The translations under genes were made by a program, and so were the position numbers. The notes below the pieces were generated by a model. That model had not been told where the DNA came from, did no database searches, and saw nothing but the letters and a program-made list of their open reading frames with translations. Positions 58,857-64,000 of a DNA stretch of 64,000 nt are shown piece by piece (the stretch's first letter is position 1; each line of letters opens with the position of its first letter). This stretch comes from Blastocladiella emersonii ATCC 22665 (taxonomy: Eukaryota; Fungi; Blastocladiomycota). The DNA lies in NCBI GenBank assembly GCA_025594325.1, contig JANHCV010000014.1, positions 62,001-126,000 on the forward strand, in the 5' to 3' direction.

Positions 58857-60738
58857 TGGCGGTCTAAACTCGAAATACTTTACGCTTACCCGCAGCGGAC
58901 TGTACGTAAAAGAGGGCGACAGCGGCCCATTCGACGCCGCTCCCGGATTCCCCATCGATGCCTCGCTCGTTCGAATCCTTCAATTTTTTATTTGCACGAA
59001 CATTTCCGAGTCGGCAATCCGTTTCCCCGCCGTGCCCGCCGTCTGCGCCTTGCTGCAGCGCGCATCTGGTCTTTGCTGCATCTCAATCGAAAATTACGAC
59101 TCGGCCGCGACGCTTCGGACGCTGGTGGAGCTCGTCTCTAACCAAATCACGTCTCTTAGCGTGTCGGTCGAGCGCACGAGCGACATGGCGGCATTTGCCG
59201 GCATACCATTCCCGCGCGCGACGGAAGTAAACATAACGCGCAATTGCCGTCCAGGTCCCGCCGCAGCCACCACTTCGTCCCTGTTGCGCGATCTACCCAT
59301 GTCCCTTCCAGCGGTGCAATCCCTCAGCTTGTACACTGCTGACTTGGATGCGGCGGCCTTGGGGAAACTGCTCACTGCGTTCCCAACGCTCAAGCGGCTT
59401 CAAATTCACACCTATGCAAGCATTCTTGACAGACCGACGCCGGGGAATGTCACCGAAATTGGGCTTGGAGTTGCTTGGGACATCAAGCCGGACCAGCTCG
59501 CAGTGTTGCCTCGAGCGCTTCCGCCGCAGCTCAGGTCCCTCGTGCTGCAATTGGCCTCCAGCAGCTTGATTTTCGAGCATTTCACGCCAAAGCCGGAGTG
59601 CCAGCTTCGAGAGCTCGAGTGCAGCCATTTGCGCATCGCGCTCGATGGAAAACGGTTCCCGTTGCTTGCGAAACTCAAGATTTGCAGCGCAATCAGCACA
59701 AGCGGTGCAACGACTTTGGTTCCTGTCAACCTTCGCGAGCTTCCCGGACTCGGCAATCTCACTGAGCTGGAAAGCTCTCGCCCATGTCCATCGTTGATGC
59801 TTGCCACTGCGGAGGCCGCAAAGCTCATCCCGTCCTCGCTGGCCAATGTACCTCGGCAATCGCGCACGCTGGGCCGACTCGCCAAGTTATCCGGGCCACG
59901 CGAGGTCGTTGCCGTAATGCTCGCTTACTTTTTCATGCCGAACCTTGTGACGTTGCACGTCAAGGACTATTCTCCTTGCAACTTGGAAACCAGTACCTGG
60001 CCCAGCTGGTTGCGCATCGCCCTCGAGCGCGCGACGAGCGGACTGTCCAACTCGTCGCCAAGTATCGCCTTCCGCAACAACCTGATGAGCCTTCGCCACG
60101 TCTGCGTATCCGGTTCACACCTTGACATCACCGGTTCCCCGCGAGTGCTACGCAACTCAAGTCATTAACGATGAATTTGCAGCTGCCAGCGGGCTGTGAC
60201 ATTGTCGTGCCCGCGCAGTGTATTGCGTTGGAGGAACTCTCGCTCACGCTCTCCGACTTGGCCTTATTCACGAGTCACGGCCCGCCACAGGTACCGGCCA
60301 AACCGTGGGACGTCGTGCTCCACTCAATTCTTCCGTGCCTTCGGAAACTCACGCTGAACGTCCTGACTCAACCAGCAGTTACAGGCCAGGTCATGGCCAC
60401 GCTTGGACCCGCTTCGCTGAAATAAATTCCTTGCCATGTCTCGCCAGCTGATCTTCGTGGACCTGTCCAGGGTTCATGCCGGCCCGATTCCCTCGGACTC
60501 CTCACCGGTAGCCCCTTGGACGCTTTATTTCCCGCTACCTCTGCCTCGTGGCTGGGACGATTTGGCAAAGCTCGCGTTCACGGTGCGGCCGTCGCGGATC
60601 GTGGGGCATCTCGTGCAGAATGTGGACCGCGAATCCCATGGCGTGGGCCGCGGAGTCGAGCGGATTCGCGAATGGGTCTGCGGCACTGCTGGATCGGAGA
60701 TTGAGATTGTGGGTGAGCGCGATGGTTGGGAGCTGTGA
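58838..60738 (+). pseudogene. Family-2 paralog F, 5'-truncated, LRR-like repeats
   Basis: Begins abruptly at CTLTNDGGLNSKYFTLTRSGLY (compare CTLTDDGGLVSEEFTLTRRGLY in D). Repeats LKRLQIH, LRSLVLQ, LRELECS, LVTLHVK, LEELSLT. Phase-0 intron about 60105-60183; frameshift near 60420. Confidence 0.65.
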
Positions 60739-61048
60739 GCCGATGAATATGAGCAGGAGTGCGATTGCAATCGATGAGAACTATCCAGCCTATTTGACTT
60801 CGATTCTCTCAGCTAAGCGTTTTGGTGCTCGCCCGGATCAATCTCACCGTGTTTATTCCCGATAGCTGGGAGGAACGCGATGTCTGGGTGGGAGAGACGC
60901 GTTGTTCACCTGCCGTGGGCTCACGTGGGCTTGAGTTTCGTCCGTTTCTTCAACCTCGTCACCGCTGAGCTCGCTTCGGTTCTCTCGCGTCGGCACCACC
61001 ACAACCATCAATGAATCGAATGAACGTCCTCCCACTCTATGCAACGCC

Positions 61049-63064
61049 ATGGAACACGTACCAGGACCCAATTTATGTAACCTGCCCAGCAAGATCTTGC
61101 AAAAGATCGCTTTGCGAGTGATCGGCTCGAAGCACATCTCGGGGACGATTTGCCCCTCGGCTATCGCGCTCTCCCGCGTGAGCCGCGAGTATCACGAGAT
61201 TATCATGCTCGAGTTCGCCAGGTTTGTCTATTTTGGCGATTGCACTCTCACGGACGACGGCGGTCTGGTCTCAGAGGAATTCACCCTCACTCGTCGCGGG
61301 CTGTATCCCAATGCCGGGGACAGTGAGTTGCCTGGTTCTGCCCGCTTTTCCATTAATGCCGCGCTTGTTCACACCATCTGTCTCTCATATTCCGGAGCGA
61401 AATCAAGCGATCCAGCATGCCTACCCACCATCGCTGCCCTGTGCGATTTGCTGCGTCGTGCAACCAGACTGCAGCTCCTCATGCTCAATGGATATGAATT
61501 AACACTTCGTAACTTGGTCGAGCTGGTTGTGGACCGCATTCCGACCATTTGCTGTTTCCTCGGTGCGCAAACGACTTGGTCGCGCTTGACAACCTCGATT
61601 TTTCAAAGTACGACCAGTTTCCAAATTGTTGTAAGCCATTGCAGCGTTCCCGAACACGAGACTGATGAAGACCGCGCTCCTGCATGTGCCCTGAGCGACT
61701 TTTCGTTATCGCTTCCAGCGGTCGAGTCTCTGTCAATCGACATCGACGACATCACCGACACAGCGCTGAGAACGATTTTCACCGCGTATCCATTGCTGAC
61801 GAAGCTGTCGCTGAAATCCCAACCCGCTTACGCTTTCTCCATGCCCTTTACTTCCATGACTGCGCTCCAGTGCGGGTGCACCAAGCCATGGAATATCGTG
61901 CTTCCCTCTCCCCTGCATCACCCTAAGTGCTTGTATCTTGGCGTCAACCTTTACTCGCTCTCGCTAACCGAGTTGTTGTACTTGACGGACCTGTCGGCCG
62001 ACGTTGTCCCGACCGACAAGGAATTATCTTGCTTGACCTGTCAAGGGCTCTCGGCACTCCGAATCGCGGTATACGCGGCTCGCCAAGGCAACATCGACCT
62101 TTTCACCAGATTTGTGGCCCTCATTTCCTCCCATGCACCAGATCTCATCACGATGAAGGCTCGCAGCTTCTTTTGGTGGTTCCTCTCCCGTGAGATACAA
62201 GAGTTTGTGCACGAACTAGACTTGGAGAGACCCGAACTGTGGGACATGACGTTCATCTCGTTCGCTAACCATTTGTTCACTGTTGCCGTCGCCAAGTGGA
62301 ACCTCGAGTTGATTCGCTACATCCGCGATTCTCTGCTTGGTGTCGATCCGCAGTCGCTCGCCCACGCCTTTGGACCAAATTACTTGGCATCGCTGGCGCT
62401 GAGTCGCATTCCGTGCAACGAGGGTGTGTCCGCGGCCGAACTGTTACTGACGCTTGACTATCTTATCGATTCGCTCAAGCGGGGTCCGCTGACCACTCCG
62501 CTGGGCAAGCACTTCGCGGCGCTGCTGAGCGCCTTTGAGACCCCGGAGCTGCTCTTCCACGCCGCTCGCCGCCTTCCTGAACGCATTTCACAAGACCTCA
62601 CCGACGACGATCGTGCACAATCGACAAGTTTATCGCCGTGGACGATTTGGACGCGCTGGTCAATTTTCAGCTCTCAACAACCTTGCGTGGGGGTACATTC
62701 TGCTTATGGGCTTCAGCCAGGATGGGGGCACTGGAACGGGAGCGCTCTCGACCTACGTTGCGAACTGCCTTGGCATCGATCTCGCATGCGCGTTCTTGCA
62801 AGGTGAGTAAGCTTGGCCTATCGATTACTGACGCTGCTCACCATTCTCACTACATTCGCTCCGCTTGCGTTCTGGGCGTTGGTCCCTGATGGCGCGCTTG
62901 ATGGCGTCAAGGACGCGTCCTGGATTGCGGCTATGCTTGCCAAGCACCAGCGCGAGTCGCCAGAGGTGACGGCTCTTGCTATTGAAAAGGAGCTCCGCCG
63001 CGTCGAGCCGCTGGCGACCAAGTCGCCCGAGTTCCTTGCCGTGGCCAAGGGCGGGTCTCAGTAA
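61049..63064 (+). pseudogene. Chimeric gene D: family-2 N-terminus, family-1 middle, broken intron, duplicated tail of paralog C
   Basis: Residues to about 62040 match E and F. From ALRIAV...QGNIDLF onward it matches C (AVAKWNL, LAHAFGPN, HFAALLSAFETPELL). Frameshift about 62620-62670; donor GTGAGT at 62803; the inverted repeat begins at 62864. Confidence 0.75.
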
Positions 63065-64000
63065 TTTGACGTGCTCGTCTCGCGCATGTCTAGCGGCTTC
63101 TTCCTTGTCGTTTCGTTGTGTGACATATAAATTGTTTGTCTGGATGTCCGTCTGTCTCGCTGCGAAGGTGATATCTCTCAGCCCTCACCCTGGCGCACAT
63201 TCTCAAGCTTGCGTCCCATCAAAATGAACAAGCAAAGAACGTCTATGTCATCTTGTGGACCTCGCTGGCCGAGTACCCGAGCTCGCGCAGCATGCCGCGC
63301 AGGGGACCCTGCGTGCCGTATTCGCGGCCGCGGTCACCCGCGATGGTGCGGATCATGCCGTCCGGACCGCACACGGCGACGAGCCCGCGGCCGGGCGCAG
63401 GCATCGACTCGCGGAGCACGTCGCCCGACAGCTGGCGGCGGCCGGGCACTAGGTACGTGACGCGGAGGCGGTCCGGGTGCGCGGCGGCGAGGGCGTCGAG
63501 GCGGTCGCGGCCGAGCATCGCGTCGTGGTCCGTCGCGAGGTACAGGAGCGAGAACTTTGGCCACGCCTGCGCCGCCGCAGTCGCCGGCGAGGCGGGCGAC
63601 TCGAGCGCGGCCTCGAGGATCTGCAGGAACGGCGTGACGCCAGACCCACCCGCGATCATGCCGAGCGTCGCGGGTTCCGATGAAGCGGCGAAGCCGGCGT
63701 CGGAAGGCGAAGGCAGCACCCAGTCGTGCAGCGGGCCGCACAGCTCAATCTCGTCACCAGGCTGGCGGCGGTGCATCCACTTGGACGTCTCGCCGACCGG
63801 GTACCGCTTCACAAGGACCTGTGCGGTCGCGCTGCCTGCTTCAGAAGCACGGTCGATGCCGACGGGCGTGTAGGAGCGGGCGACAATCAGGTCGGCGTTC
63901 TTGACGTCAAAGTGGAACGGCACGGGGCACGCTGCGACGCGGCGCGCGAGCGACGAGGGCAGGCCGAGGGTGAGCGTGCGCGTGGTGGAGCCCGTTGGGT
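62864..64000. repeat. Right copy of the inverted repeat (partner 13993-15129); continues off the window edge
   Basis: Reverse complement of 13993-15129. Confidence 0.97.
63243..64000 (-). CDS. Second copy of the NADH-cytochrome b5 reductase gene (5' end outside the window)
   Basis: Translation is identical to the corresponding part of 13836-14750. Confidence 0.9.
   Translation of the reverse strand, partial: PTGSTTRTLTLGLPSSLARRVAACPVPFHFDVKNADLIVARSYTPVGIDRASEAGSATAQVLVKRYPVGETSKWMHRRQPGDEIELCGPLHDWVLPSPSDAGFAASSEPATLGMIAGGSGVTPFLQILEAALESPASPATAAAQAWPKFSLLYLATDHDAMLGRDRLDALAAAHPDRLRVTYLVPGRRQLSGDVLRESMPAPGRGLVAVCGPDGMIRTIAGDRGREYGTQGPLRGMLRELGYSASEVHKMT

Noticed and set aside
62813-62863. 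LAYRLLTLL appearing to match paralog B's FRRLLTLL
   Set aside because: It lies just after the conserved intron donor at 62803, so it is intron sequence and the similarity is probably coincidental.

Overview
Eukaryotic, intron-containing, GC-rich fungal DNA. The calmodulin sequence (ELLVMINEV in place of ELQDMINEV) matches my recollection of Blastocladiella emersonii calmodulin, so a zoosporic Blastocladiomycota fungus is likely (inference). Tightly packed core-gene blocks (NDUFAF7-like, TAD2, MINDY, b5 reductase, ERCC8, HEAT protein, calmodulin, GT32, EMI1, QDPR, ERV41, VNX1, TatD, BSP, ATG26) alternate with visibly less GC-biased accessory islands. These islands hold two decaying F-box-like paralog families, a DUF4470 gene, an AIG1-like GTPase and orphans. 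Structure not shown by the ORF track: (1) a 3,038-bp 5'-truncated non-LTR retroelement (RNase H plus CCHC) inserted into the 5' end of a tRNA-Ser(UGA) gene with a perfect 17-bp target-site duplication that regenerates the intact tRNA; (2) an SRP (7SL) RNA gene with a complete two-hairpin Alu domain, a hexaloop helix 8 and an upstream tRNA-like A/B-box leader; (3) a near-identical inverted duplication of at least 1,137 bp bracketing 47.7 kb, whose right breakpoint cuts the intron of an already chimeric gene.
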